Shown here one piece after another: positions 38,444 through 50,107 of a stretch of 64,000 bases of DNA (positions within the stretch are counted from its first letter, which is position 1; each line of letters starts with the position of its first letter). Both the position numbers and the translations under genes were made by a program. Origin of the DNA: Podarcis gaigeae (Eukaryota); the NCBI GenBank assembly GCA_964106915.2, contig OZ066923.1, one strand, 5' to 3'. The notes beneath the pieces were generated by a model. That model was not told the DNA's origin, searched no databases, and worked only from the letters and a program-made list of their open reading frames with translations.

Positions 38444-38639
38444 TTCCCAGTGTAAATGGCGTAGAGGAACCCAGTATTGCAAAGAGACTGCGTGGCACAC
38501 CAGAGCGGATTGAACTGGAGAATTACCGTCTCTCGGTACAACGGGAAGAGGAGTTGGAAGAAGTCCCTGAGGAGACCTTGGCAGAGCACAACCTGAGCAG
38601 CGTGCTAGACAAAGGAACAGAAGAGGATGTACCCAGCAG
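38444..38639 (+). CDS. MICAL3: MICAL3 exon (VPSVNGVEEPSIAKRLRGTPERIELENYRLS...EVPEETLAEHNLSSVLDKGTEEDVPS)
   Basis: ttccccag| acceptor and AG|gttatt donor; 196 nt, phase 1/2; MICAL signature TPERIELENYR. Confidence 0.97.
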
Positions 38640-38965
38640 GTTATTTTTATTTTTTCAAAAAGCCTTAATTTATTTAAAATATGACTTGGCTGCATTTCTA
38701 AAGAATGCCTGTTCAAGGTGGCTTGAAAAAGCAGAAGTTTTAAAAAATGTCAATAATACAAAAAGGCTTAGAGTTTCCCCCTTTAAAACCAAATGCAGTA
38801 CAACGCTGAATAAGGTTTCTCACATGCGCAACAGAATTTTCTCCCCTCTTTTCTCCACCTGCATATGCCGTATGCCCTCTCCAAATCTACTCTGGAGGGT
38901 TGGGGGAACCCCTAGAACAGATTTATGGGGTGCAGAGGGGAGAGCGGGAGGAAGTCCCATTGCTC

Positions 38966-39244
38966 TAGGGTTGCCAAATTTCAAAAAGTGGAAATCTGGA
39001 CACTAAAGTTGTTGAGCTTTTTCTTTTCCTTTTTTTTTTTTTTGCCAGAGTTGTTCAGTTTGGGTTTTTTTTGCCAGAGTTTCTGAGCAACTTTTAATGA
39101 AATTCAGAAAAATCTGCACTTCCAACATGGGCTGCCATATATCCAGATTTTCACAGACGTTTCAGCGATTTCCTGCCCAAATGCTGTTTAAGAGAGCTGA
39201 ATACTGGCTATTGTCTGGGAAATTCTGCAGGTATGGCAGCCCTA
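38966..39244. mobile_element. hAT Blackjack-like MITE nested in an older element
   Basis: Ends TAGGGTTGCCA and TGGCAGCCCTA; flanks CATTGCTC and CATTGCGC. Confidence 0.85.
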
Positions 39245-41123
39245 CATTGCGCAAGCAGGAATTCTTGTGCTTATGGGGCACTTAGCACTACATTAGACAG
39301 AAGCCAAAACATTCTCAGCCAACTAGTTAAAATACATTTCACAGTTCTAACAACCACAAGCCAAGCCAAAAAGCACTAAGCAGGAATAGGCCAGTTAGAG
39401 AACAGATGACATTCAAACCTTTTGAAAAACTTGAAGTAAAACTTGCAGTAATACAGAACCAAAAAAAGTTACTATTGAAATAACAACCATATCCTTGCAA
39501 AATAATCATATAAGACAAATTGCATCATAAGCCAGTTTACAGGCCAAAGTTTGCTTGAAGGTGCCCAGTCCTGAGAGATGTGACTGGCTGGGCCTTGTTC
39601 TCTCCCCCTCCATCCACTGCAAGTAGAAAAGGAACTTGGGGAATATGATTTTTAGCTGAAGAATGACACAAAGGGAAACTTTAGTTTATCATTTTTAAAG
39701 GCATTTACAGATCATCTTTCTGGACAAAGTCCTCTCAAGGTGGAAAAGGGTTAAGCAGCTTCACCTCACTTTTCTTCCACTTGAACACAGCTTGCACTAG
39801 AATCCTTTCTGCTTTAAAAGAAATATTTTAGAAGAAAGAACCTGAATTCCACTTTTTTTGTAATTTGAGCAAGTGTTCTGCACTTTGACAGGGAGTTGCA
39901 TACTATTTTTAAGTGTCAGTAAACATAAAACTGATTTTTTTTCTTCTTCCAACAAAGCAAAGCCAACATTCCTCCTTGAGGGCCTAGCTATCTGTCAGGC
40001 AATGTGCTAAAATAAAAAGCTGTTTTTAAAAAATAATTCTTAACACAAATGTTTGGAAAAACACATTCTTAGGAGTTGAGAAAATCACAATGAACATTTC
40101 TTTGTCTAGATAAAATTCCCAGAAGGATTATGCATTTCTGAAGTTTGCCCATAATTTCACATAACAGCCTTGTTTTAAAAAGTCATGAAAAACCTGTTCC
40201 CACATCTTTTGTGAAAATAGATGGCTAAGCAACAAATGGAAGATTTTGCAGTTTGTGTGAATAAAGACAGAATCCCACTGCTATTCTTAACTGTAACACA
40301 AGTAACAATATTTTTCCCAGGAACAAACAAAACAAAAATGAGATATATTTACTGTATACTTCTGCTGCTACAGTTCTAAGTGAAATGAGTTGGAGATATG
40401 TACCTCCTAATCTTTTCAGATATTTTTTGTACTGGAGAATTTCCTGCTGGATTTTGTCCAATAAAAATGGATAGGGGGAAAGGGTAAAACATATGACAAA
40501 GAAAAGAAGGGTGAATTCCTGTTGATTTAGCCTCCAGGAGAGGAGGAGCTTGCTTTTCTAAGAGGAATATGTAACAGGCCTATAAAGATTAAATGTTGTT
40601 TTCTTCTTCTAATGGGATCATTCCTCAGTAAGGCGTGTGCTGAAATGAAAGAGGCTGTCATTCCATTGATGCTGGTTGTGTCTGAGTGGTTACCTTCCTC
40701 TCATAACTGGCTCTTTTTGACTTTTTGGAATAAGGGACCGCAGAGACCTCAAACTGGCTTCAAACTGGGAGTGGGGAATATAACCCCTTGACAATTGGCA
40801 TGTAGGTTGTGTTTCAGTGCTAAATTCTGATTCAATTCTGTTTTGAATGACCCTGATCTGTCATAGTCAAGAGCAGGGGTGGGGAACATGTGGCAATGGT
40901 TGTGAAAAAGTGGCCTCGTGGACTCGCTTGCAGGCCAAGATTGGTCTATGGGCCGAAAGTTCCCCACTCCTGGAATAGATGGACAAATATTCTGACCTGG
41001 TTTGAGGCAGTTTGTTTTGTTTTGTTGGCTGTGATTATTTTAAAACAATCATCTGCTTCTACGCACAGGGGGGGAAACCCTGTTGAAGTATCATCTACTA
41101 ACTTTCCTGATTTTCCTCTGCAG

Positions 41124-41365
41124 TAGTTCAGAATCTGAGATGGAAGAAGAAGAGGAGGAGGAGGAAGAAGAACAGCCACAGCAGCCCACTTCTGACCTGG
41201 GTGGTGTGCCTTGGAAAGAGGCTGTGCGGATACATGCCATGCTGAAGGGCAAAAGTGAGGAAGAGCTGGACACAGAGAAGAATCATGACAATGAAGCAGA
41301 GGAGGAAGAGGAAGAAGAAGAAGAGGAGGAGGAGGGGGAAGAAGAGGAAGAAGTCTCTAGTGAAG
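41124..41365 (+). CDS. MICAL3: MICAL3 acidic exon (SSSESEMEEEE...SDLGGVPWKEAVRIHAMLKGKSEEE...SSE)
   Basis: ctgcag|TAG tandem acceptor; G|gttagt donor; 242 nt, phase 2/1; conserved DLGGVPWKEAV. Confidence 0.97.
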
Positions 41366-41702
41366 GTTAGTAGATAGTGATACGGATTCGGATATGTATA
41401 TTAATTTTATTTTTTCAATGCTATTCAATTTATATCTTGCCATTGATCCTGAAGAAGCCCAGGCTGGCATATTGATCACAGATTGCCATCATACAGAACA
41501 GATAATCAAATATAAAGTGCATCTCCCATTTCTTTTGGAAAACTTGGAAGTCAGTGCAAAGACTGCAAACCTGCTGGAGACTCATGTTTACGGACTACTG
41601 GGAAGTCCCATGAAAAATCTTTAGAAGAAGTATATGGGCCCAAGGTGGTGGTCTTCATCAAGCTGGCAGTTATTAAAATTGTATTTTCTCTAACCTATCT
41701 TG

Positions 41703-41711
<9 letters not shown>

Positions 41712-41750
<39 letters not shown>
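41712..41750. repeat. (CT)n microsatellite
   Basis: Pure CT run. Confidence 0.95.
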
Positions 41751-41753
<3 letters not shown>

Positions 41754-41815
41754 TTTCATCTCTGTAACACTGTTCCAGGCTTTCATTTTTCAGTCTGCAA
41801 ATTTACGTCTGGGAA

Positions 41816-42795
41816 TCAACATAGAATTGGAAGGAACCCCAGGGGTCATCCGGCCCAACCCCCTGCAATGCAGGAATTTCAGCAAGATCGTACATGACAG
41901 ATTGCCATCCAACCTCTGTTTAAACACCTCCAAGGAATAACAGTCCACCACCTCTTGTGAGAGTCTATTCCACTGTCGAACAGCTCTTAACTGTCAGAAA
42001 GATCTTCCTGGTGTTTAGTCAAAATCTCCTTTCTTGTAACTTGAATCCATTGGTTCAGGTCCTATCCTCTTGAGGAGAAGAAAACAAGCTTGCTCCATCC
42101 TCCATGTGACAGCCCTTTAGATATTTGAAGATGGTTATCATATCTCCTCACAGTCTTTCTTTAGCAAGCTAAAACATACCACATTTCCTCAATCATTCCT
42201 TATAAGGCTTGGTTTCCAGACCCTTGACCACCTTAGTCACCATTTTCTGCACACGTTCCGACTTGTCAATATCCTTCTTAAATTGTGGTGCCTAGAACTG
42301 GGCACAGTATTTCAAGTGTGGTCTGACTAAAGCAGAATAGAGCAGGACTAGTGACTTCACTTGATCGGGACACTGTGCTTCTGTTGATGCAGCCTAGAAT
42401 AGAAGTAGCTTTCTTCCTTTTTTTCTGCTGCATGTTGACTCCTACGAAATTTGTGGTCTACTAAAACCCCTAGATCCTTTTCACATGTAGTATTTGCAAT
42501 TCAGGTATCGCCTATCTTACATTTGTGCACCTGGATCTTCCTGATCAGGTATAGAACTTTACATTTGTCCCTACTGAAATTCATTTTGTTAGTTATGGCC
42601 CAGTTCTGCAGGCTGTTGAGGTCATCTGGAATCCCCATTCTCTCTTCTGCAGCATTGGCTTCCCATCCCAGTTTGGTGTCATCTGCAAATTGGATGAGTA
42701 TCTCCTCTATACCTACATCCAAGTCATTCATAAAGATATTGAACAACACTGGGCCCAAGACAGAACCTTGCAGCACCCCAGTTGTCACATGTTGC
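41816..42795 (-). pseudogene. 5'-truncated CR1 LINE (RT remnant plus 3' UTR)
   Basis: Minus-strand ORF 42501-42797 contains GVLQGSVLGPVLFNIFMNDL...FADDTKL...KCKVLYL, the non-LTR RT motifs; disrupted downstream. Confidence 0.92.
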
Positions 42796-44595
42796 ATTCA
42801 GGCTTAAAACAGAATTATAATTTGAGGAGCCGGTTCAACAGGCAGGTACTCCTCCATAACAAAAGGCTTGGGGAAGAGCCAAAGCTTAATTGTACAATGC
42901 ACCTTTTGCATGCAAAAACACCCTGGGCTCAATCCCTGGCAGTTTTGGGTAGGGCTGGATGAGACTTGACTGAAACCCTGGAGAGCTACCACCAGACAAT
43001 GTAGGCTATACTGAGCTAGATGGATAAATGCTCTATAGGTAGCTTTTTATGATCCTACATGATGGCAGCTGGGTGAGCTCAAAGGTCCATTGCCAGGGTT
43101 AGGGAAGTAATGAAAGATTGATTTGCCTGCTGGCCAAGGAAGTAGTTCAGTAGCAGGGTGAAGAGGCAAGTCAGGGCTGGAACTGTGATTCAGTAAGTAG
43201 GTTTAGTGAAAAGTTTGGCATGTTTCTGTGGCTGTTGGTGATGAAATGTTCAGAGGTTGTATTTATTTGGCTTGGATGTGTTTGCATAGGTTTAGAGTCT
43301 TATCACAGCTCAGAACTAGGAACCAGCAGCAAAGGCCTATGAACAGCAGAAAGGACAAAGCTTTGCTTCCAGACCAGAAGGACCCCTGCTTTTATTTATA
43401 TAGGGGTTTGCACTTGGATCAAAAATTGGATTTTATTTTCTCCTCAGCTCCTTTATGACTGCTTAAGACATGGATTAATTGGGGGTGGGAAACCACATGT
43501 CTGAACTAGGGATTACCACCTAAGGTAGTTGGGAAATCAAGAGTGAGTCACGAAAAGTGTTGTGTGTAGATATTCATGCTTGCATCTAATGGGAACAGTT
43601 CTGCATTAACTGCTTAAGGGAGTATCAGTTACAGATCAGAACAGGCAGGTGTCTCAGTTATTGAAAGGTTGGGGAACCATAAATCTGCATAATATTCAGT
43701 CTTCAGGGATTTATAGGGTGTTGGCATTTTAAATTACTTTTGAGGATTGTTTGTGGAGATAGAAAGCCTTGCTACTCAAGTCACTTTTTTGTCGTGGTGG
43801 CTGGTACCTGATCAGTTTCATCAGACATATATCTTTGGGGGGGTGGGGCTCTTCCAAATGAGGAGCTCAGCTTTCAAAATGGGCCTTGCTTGCCAGAGAA
43901 CTCACACATCTCTTGCAGCACCTGTTTAAGAACAAAGTGCATTTTCAGTAAAGGCACTGATGAGTTAAAGACAACAGAGATCAAGGCAGCTTCAATTGTG
44001 CTATTGAACAGACCAAGGAACTTGCTATTGGAGCTATCACTACAAAATATTTCTGTACCTGAATATTGTAAAGTTGCATCTTGGAGACAGATAATCTGGC
44101 ACTTTCTGCTTTAAGCAGGTTTACAAATGTGAAGTTCTCAGAATTCCTTTACCACCAGCTCACTTAAATTTGCACATCAGAAAGAAATTTAGTTGATGAA
44201 TGCCTTGGAACAGAAGAGCACTTTCAAGCATGATTTTTTTTCCCTGAACAGATATTGCTTTTTGGCAAGGAAATTACTTGTAACCCTATATGCAACTGTG
44301 ATTAATTTATATATACCTGTCATGAAGAAGGAAAGAGTTTTTTGCAACAGGCACACACAACAAAGTAGACAGGTGTTCATCATATGGGGTGGTGTTCCTA
44401 CACATTGCATTTCATTCTGTACACGTAAGTGAAATCTGTGTAAGGTTTCTTATAGGTGAAGCAGTCCTGAACCTTTCTGGATTTCCCTAAAACATTGCTG
44501 TGTTCTTTCTGATTCTCTGTTCTTCTCTTTTTCGTTGTTCTGCTCTAATTTCTGTATCAATGCTATTTGTTGATGTGTGACTCCCCCTGCTGTAG

Positions 44596-44685
44596 AGGGA
44601 GAGTATTACCCTTGGGAGAGAGAACTTCAGCAAGGCCTCTGGCTTCAACGTCTCTCAAATGAAGAGGACACGGGTACATTTAAAG
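44596..44685 (+). CDS. MICAL3: MICAL3 cassette exon, 90 nt, phase 1/1 (EGEYYPWERELQQGLWLQRLSNEEDTGTFK)
   Basis: About 129-nt AG-free tract then tgtag|; AAG|gtaccc donor; symmetric; not in the recalled human canonical isoform. Confidence 0.8.
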
Positions 44686-46066
44686 GTACCCTCACATTGT
44701 CATCACCTCCTCTAAAGAGGGGGACATTTTACAAAGAGCAGGCTTCACATGAAGCAACATATATTTTTTAAGTTGTTTCACCAAATTGGTTGTAATTGAG
44801 AATTACTGTTAAGCTTCCAGATAAGGAGCGAACAAAACCTGTAAATTTACAGCTCAAATTCTGTTTGCTTGCTTCTGTTCCTATTTCTGCTTTGATTCTC
44901 TGGGAAGAGAGGTCAAGCCTGTGAAGGGTGCTGAAATACCTACTTTATCTCATGAACCATATTCCTTTTGTTCCTTTTTTGCAGAATACATGATACACTG
45001 AAACAAAAAGCCTCAGTGCTTTATATGCAGTTTCAGTTATTATTGTACAAATCAGATAAAGGACACAGGAGTAATGACTGTTAACAAGGCCAATTAGCTG
45101 CCCTCAGATAAACATCTGTATCACACACACACAAATTCCCATCGGATAAATGTTCATTTAAGGTCTCTTAACTAGCCAAGTGAAATTGGGAATGGTGAAA
45201 TGCATTCAGAATAAGAAGGTACAGTTTGGGATGATAAGGTGAGGCCTGCTCTTTGGAAGCCTTGCTAGGTTTCTATAAATTTCCCTTCTACTCTCAATTC
45301 TTGCTGGTTGAAACTCACCCTTCTAACTCCTAATGCTGTGTGATGTGGTATAAACACTAACTCTACTTACCCAAGGACTTGCATCAAGGGGACTTGACAG
45401 CACGAGGTGCCATGTGGCCACCAGGATTCATCACTCACTTCTGAATAGCATTTTTCCTTCCACAGTTCAGTTTTATAACTCAATTTGTGTCAAATTAGAA
45501 AGGTATTAATTAAAAATAGCACAGTTCATGTTACTTTTTGAAATGCTTATGTCTAGAAAAGAAGGGGAACACAGAAGTCACTTTTTATATATAAATCATT
45601 CTGTAACGTCATCTTCCTGGGTTTTCTTAGTATTAAGCAAAGAATGCTAAAAAGTACAGGTTTGTGTACTTTTTCTGTGTGCATGGATATCCAGTTACTA
45701 GCAGAATGTGACTTTTCCCTGTAATAATACTTAAAAGGAAAACTTGGAGATGGTGAATTCTTGATTAATAATATGCATCATTGAACCATTTTTGGCATGG
45801 AGTGGAATTTCCAAACTGCAATCCTGTCTGTGCATGTGTGGGAGAGGGCGAGTGAGTCTGGAGGGGAGCATATGCATGCATGATGCTGAATTTTACCTGT
45901 CTTCTTTTGCCAGCTGATCTCAGCAAGTAACTTCTTTCATTTTTCCCTCCCTTTCCCTGCATTTCTTTCCTATTGTGTGTGCTCCTTTTCCTTCCCTCTC
46001 TTTTTCCTCCCTTTTATCCCTTGCCACTCCATCAACATGATCCACCATTGGCCTCTTGTCTGCTAG

Positions 46067-46204
46067 CTGGAAACCTGAGGCTGCAGCAGATAGTAAATCC
46101 GATTGATCCACTGGAGATCTTGGCAGATGTGCATTGGACACACATCCGTCAGAAAGAGGAGGAGGAAAAACTGGGCCCTACTTCTAAGTCCTCCACCTCC
46201 AGAG
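46067..46204 (+). CDS. MICAL3: MICAL3 exon (AGNLRLQQIVNPIDPLEILADVHWTHIRQKEEEEKLGPTSKSSTSR)
   Basis: tgctag| acceptor and AG|gtaaac donor; 138 nt, phase 1/1. Matches recalled AGNQRLQQ...DPLEIQADVHWTHIRE. Confidence 0.95.
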
Positions 46205-49200
46205 GTAAACGTGTCTGCTGCGTTGACCCCTTACATCACAAGGACATTTGTTCCCTATTGATTGTATCTCCAGAAAGGCCAACTCTCAAATGTCTTAATG
46301 TCACTTCTAGCAATGTTCAGTTCAGGTTGGTCTCCGTTTGTTGTTGCATCAAAAGGGAATCTTCCAGGCTTGCATCCCTGGTTACATTGATGCTCTGATG
46401 CTCTCCTACGTATAAGGATCTAATTGTAGCAGGAGAAAGATCTGAATACAGGACTTGATAGACCCTTGGCATGGTTTAGCAGGAAGACTTAGCGGAATTT
46501 TATTTAACTCTGAAAACAAATTGTTATTATTTGTGTCCACAACTTAGAGCTGTGTGGATCCCAAATTTTGTCTAAAAGCAGGAAGTGCCAATTTTCTTAA
46601 GATAGTAGAATGTTCTCTGGATTAAATTTGGCAGCTCCTTTTGTGACAATACAGTTGGTATCTGATACGGTTTTGCTTACCATAAGGTAGGAAGGAGAAG
46701 ATTTAAGTAACCCTACTAGGTGCTAAGTGCCCTACTAGGCTCCAGGTACAGAGAAGGATTTGAGAGCAGGAATTGGTTTCCTCTTTCAACCAGCTTCAAT
46801 ATGAGAAGTGTCTTCATCTTAAAAGTGGATGGAAGATAACAAAGGTGATCCCACCCTTGCTGAGGCTGAGTGGAAGAGAGGCTCATGGCACTTCCTGCTG
46901 TGTCTTACTTTCCCTTGTGCTTAACAAGGATATCATAGCCAGAGATGGTCCTCTCTCTGAGAAGCTTGTTCAAGGAGGTTTTGGCACCTAGGCTTAGGAA
47001 GTGGCTTTTAATGGGCCTGAAAATATGCCATGGAATGGTGAAAAAGTATGAGAACAGGATCACAATGATTGATGTCTGCTAGTATGCCTACGTGGGGTAT
47101 AGTAGAAGGCAGTCCTTTGAGCAGGCCTTTAAGTGTTCTGGGCTTCCTAAAGCAGATAGAAGCAGTTCTATACTAGTGAGAGCTTGTGGTGGCGGCTAAT
47201 GCAAGAAATGTGAAAGCAAGCAAGTCCCTAAATACCAGCAGCAGAGAGGTGTAGAAAGTCACATAGAAAGGCCAATCCATTTTTTAAAAACCTCAGTACT
47301 GTGGAGACCTCCGTTGGAATTTGGGATCCAGAGTAGAGTAAAAAGAACGATGAATGGCCTAGAAGCCAAATTATGTCTGGAGGATCTGAAAGAGTTGCGT
47401 ATATTCATTGTGAAGAGTAAAGTTTTACTTTTCATTTATTTAAATATATTTATATCTACTGCATGACTGAGAAATGTTTGAAGAAGAATAGAGAATGCAG
47501 TGCTAAATAATTAAGTTTTAAGAAGGTTGCTCCTTCTTAAGCGTTAGGGGAAATGTCCTAAGTATAAGACAAATATTGCCTATGACACTTCTGGATTCTT
47601 CTTCCTTGGATAATTCTTTTAAAAGCTGAAACTGAATGCTTTTAAGTATCTTGCCTGTAGCTAAAGAGGTGTTGCTCAATGCTCCTTATTCTATGCAGGA
47701 TTTGCGGGGAAATCCATACAAAGCATTCTCTGTGGGCGTGGGCCTCGTTAACCAGAAAAAAGCAGGGCATGGAAACTTGAAAATTCTCTTTCATTGCCTC
47801 TAGCTTCCTGTTGCTGTTGAGATAGTGGGCCCTTTCCTATGCTCAGAGCTCCCAGGAAATGCCTGCCTTTGCCTTTGCCATTGCCTGGAGCTGATGTTTC
47901 TTATGTCATTCCAGGTCTGTGTTGCTAAGGTACTTCCCATAAAGTAATTGCTTTGCACAATAACTGTGCAGCTTGTTACTTTCCTCTTGCAGTGGGTTCC
48001 AGACTTCTCTCTAGGTAATTCTTCAGCTGCAGGGATTCATCATGTGCCTAGTATTCAGAGAGCAGTATGTTGCTGCTACAAAGCTGTCAGGATCTGTAGT
48101 CCGTTTAGGTTCAGTTTTGGTTATATTTTCCAAATGATTTGCAGTGTCTCGTCTTCCCTCTAATATAGAACTAACTTTTAATAAATGTTCTGTGTTTGAT
48201 TAATATTGAAAATAAATTCTAAGTAGAGTAGGTCATGTGAACAGTCTTTGCAAGAGAAAGGTTATCTTTTCACTCTTTACACATTTCAAATGTCAGGAAA
48301 TGCCTATCCTTCAACCTCTGGCTGCATAATTTTCCCAGCCAGAATTCTCCTGTGTTTTGGAAACCTCACATAGGTGCTGTTAGTCTTCAGCCATGCCTTT
48401 CATCACCCAACTGCATATTCTATCTGCCTGTCTCAGGAAGTATCAAACCTTTTTAATAGCAAACCTCTTTAGGTCAAGGGAATTGTTCTTTCCTGGTTCT
48501 AAAGTTACAGGGCCAAAACTGAGAAGGCCCAGTCCCAAACACTGAGATCTTATTTCTCAAAGTAAAATAAAATTAAAAATTGAACTTGGAATGCCAGTAA
48601 ATCTCAGGACCTAGGAAATTTTATAACAGAAGTAGATGTTTGTTTTTGCTTTATTCCACATGAGGGTGTTACATAAACTTTCACTGGTGACCTAGAATCT
48701 GAATCTGTGTGCCCTTCTTGGAATCTTTTGAGTTTTCTTTCCTCTTATCCTATTCCCCATCTTGATTTTTATAAACTGTAAGCTGCTTTTACTGTCCACA
48801 GATTAATTTAGTATCTCTTGCTTGTCACATAAATAACAAATACAAGAGAATGGTGAAAAGAGACTAGGGCTTGCTGAAGGAGTACCATACAGAAGATGGT
48901 AAATTAGACATAAAGTTCCTCCTTTGTATTGTCTACAGTTCTACAGGAAAGGCTTTGTCAGGTGTGAGAAGTAAGAACCTGATGACTTTGAAGGGCTATT
49001 AGGAAATAGGGAACAGCATTCTGGGTAATGCAGGCATCAAATGAGTCTGTAACAGATGAGCTTGGCAGAAGACACAGCGAACTGAAGAGCCTTTGGTGGG
49101 AGGACACTGTTCTAAACCCAACAGTTAGGCATACATAAACCCAATGAAATCCTTGAGTTTAAGTAAGCCAAACTCTGTGCTGGACTTAGGCCATTGACTA

Positions 49201-49833
49201 CCTGACTGCACCTGGCACCCTCTAGATGTGTTCAGCTACAAGTCCCACAAACACTGGCCATTTGCCACTGTGATGGAGCTGGTGGGAGTTGTAATCCAAA
49301 ATATTTGAAGGCACCAGTTTGGGAAAAGTTGATACAGCACTTCACACACTTTAATGCATTAAATGTGTGGGAATTGAAGAATCAGTTCAACCATCCAAAG
49401 GGAGGTGGGGACATAATACAGATAGGGAAAGGGATACATTTTGCAGGACTGTTGTGATTTGAATGAAATGATATGGCCAGCAGTAGTCTAAGTGAGGCTT
49501 GATTGATCCAGAGCTTGGACAAGGATTCATCTGCTACCAGAGACGAACATCTTTGCACCACCTTTCCTTGCAGGTGGGTAGCACAAACCACTGCAGCAAT
49601 TACTCATGCTTCAAGGATTCATGCTTCATCTTTCTCCCCCCACCCCCCGCCTTTCGGAGCAGGGGGTGGGATGACTTTTGAGTCTGGTCTTCCCTGTGTT
49701 TGGTGTCTCCTTGGTCTGTCTGCTCTTCTTGAAGTTTCCCTCCCTTGATGTTTCCGTTTCAGATGTTTTCACCTTCAAAGTATTTGTTTCGTTGCTTTGA
49801 AATTTATTATTATTTTATTTTATTTTAATTCAG

Positions 49834-49896
49834 CATCGGACCTTCCCTCCATACGCCACGAGGCAGTGCAGGCGTGGCTGGAAGCAGTCCCAGGAG
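49834..49896 (+). CDS. MICAL3: MICAL3 cassette exon, 63 nt, phase 1/1 (ASDLPSIRHEAVQAWLEAVPG)
   Basis: ttaattcag| acceptor and GAG|gtagtt donor; GC-rich island in AT-rich sequence; symmetric; TGCATG cluster downstream. Confidence 0.78.
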
Positions 49897-50035
49897 GTAG
49901 TTTTGCTGATGTTCTGTTTTACAGCTCACAAGTAACCCTGCCCGCCACTGCTGGTGCTACCACCTGCCCGGAATTTTAGTGTTCCAGCTGCTGGCCCTTT
50001 TTTAACCATGGAGCTATCTATGGCTTTGGTGCTAC

Positions 50036-50107
50036 TGCATGCTGGGTTGGGGAGGAAGGAGAAGGGAGGAGGCTGCATGTCTCACTGAGATGGTTAATTC
50101 TTGCATG
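50036..50107 (+). promoter_or_regulatory. Cluster of three RBFOX motifs (TGCATG), putative intronic splicing enhancer
   Basis: TGCATG at 50036, 50074 and 50102, 140-210 nt downstream of the 63-nt exon. Confidence 0.65.

Noticed and set aside
38640-39006. ORF continuing about 120 codons past the 38639 donor, as a possible second truncated isoform
   Set aside because: It runs into MITE-derived sequence and matches nothing I recall; best explained as a chance open frame.
47993-48014. 22-nt candidate exon (tcttgcag|...TAG|gtaatt)
   Set aside because: Not frame-preserving among phase-1 exons and has no other support.
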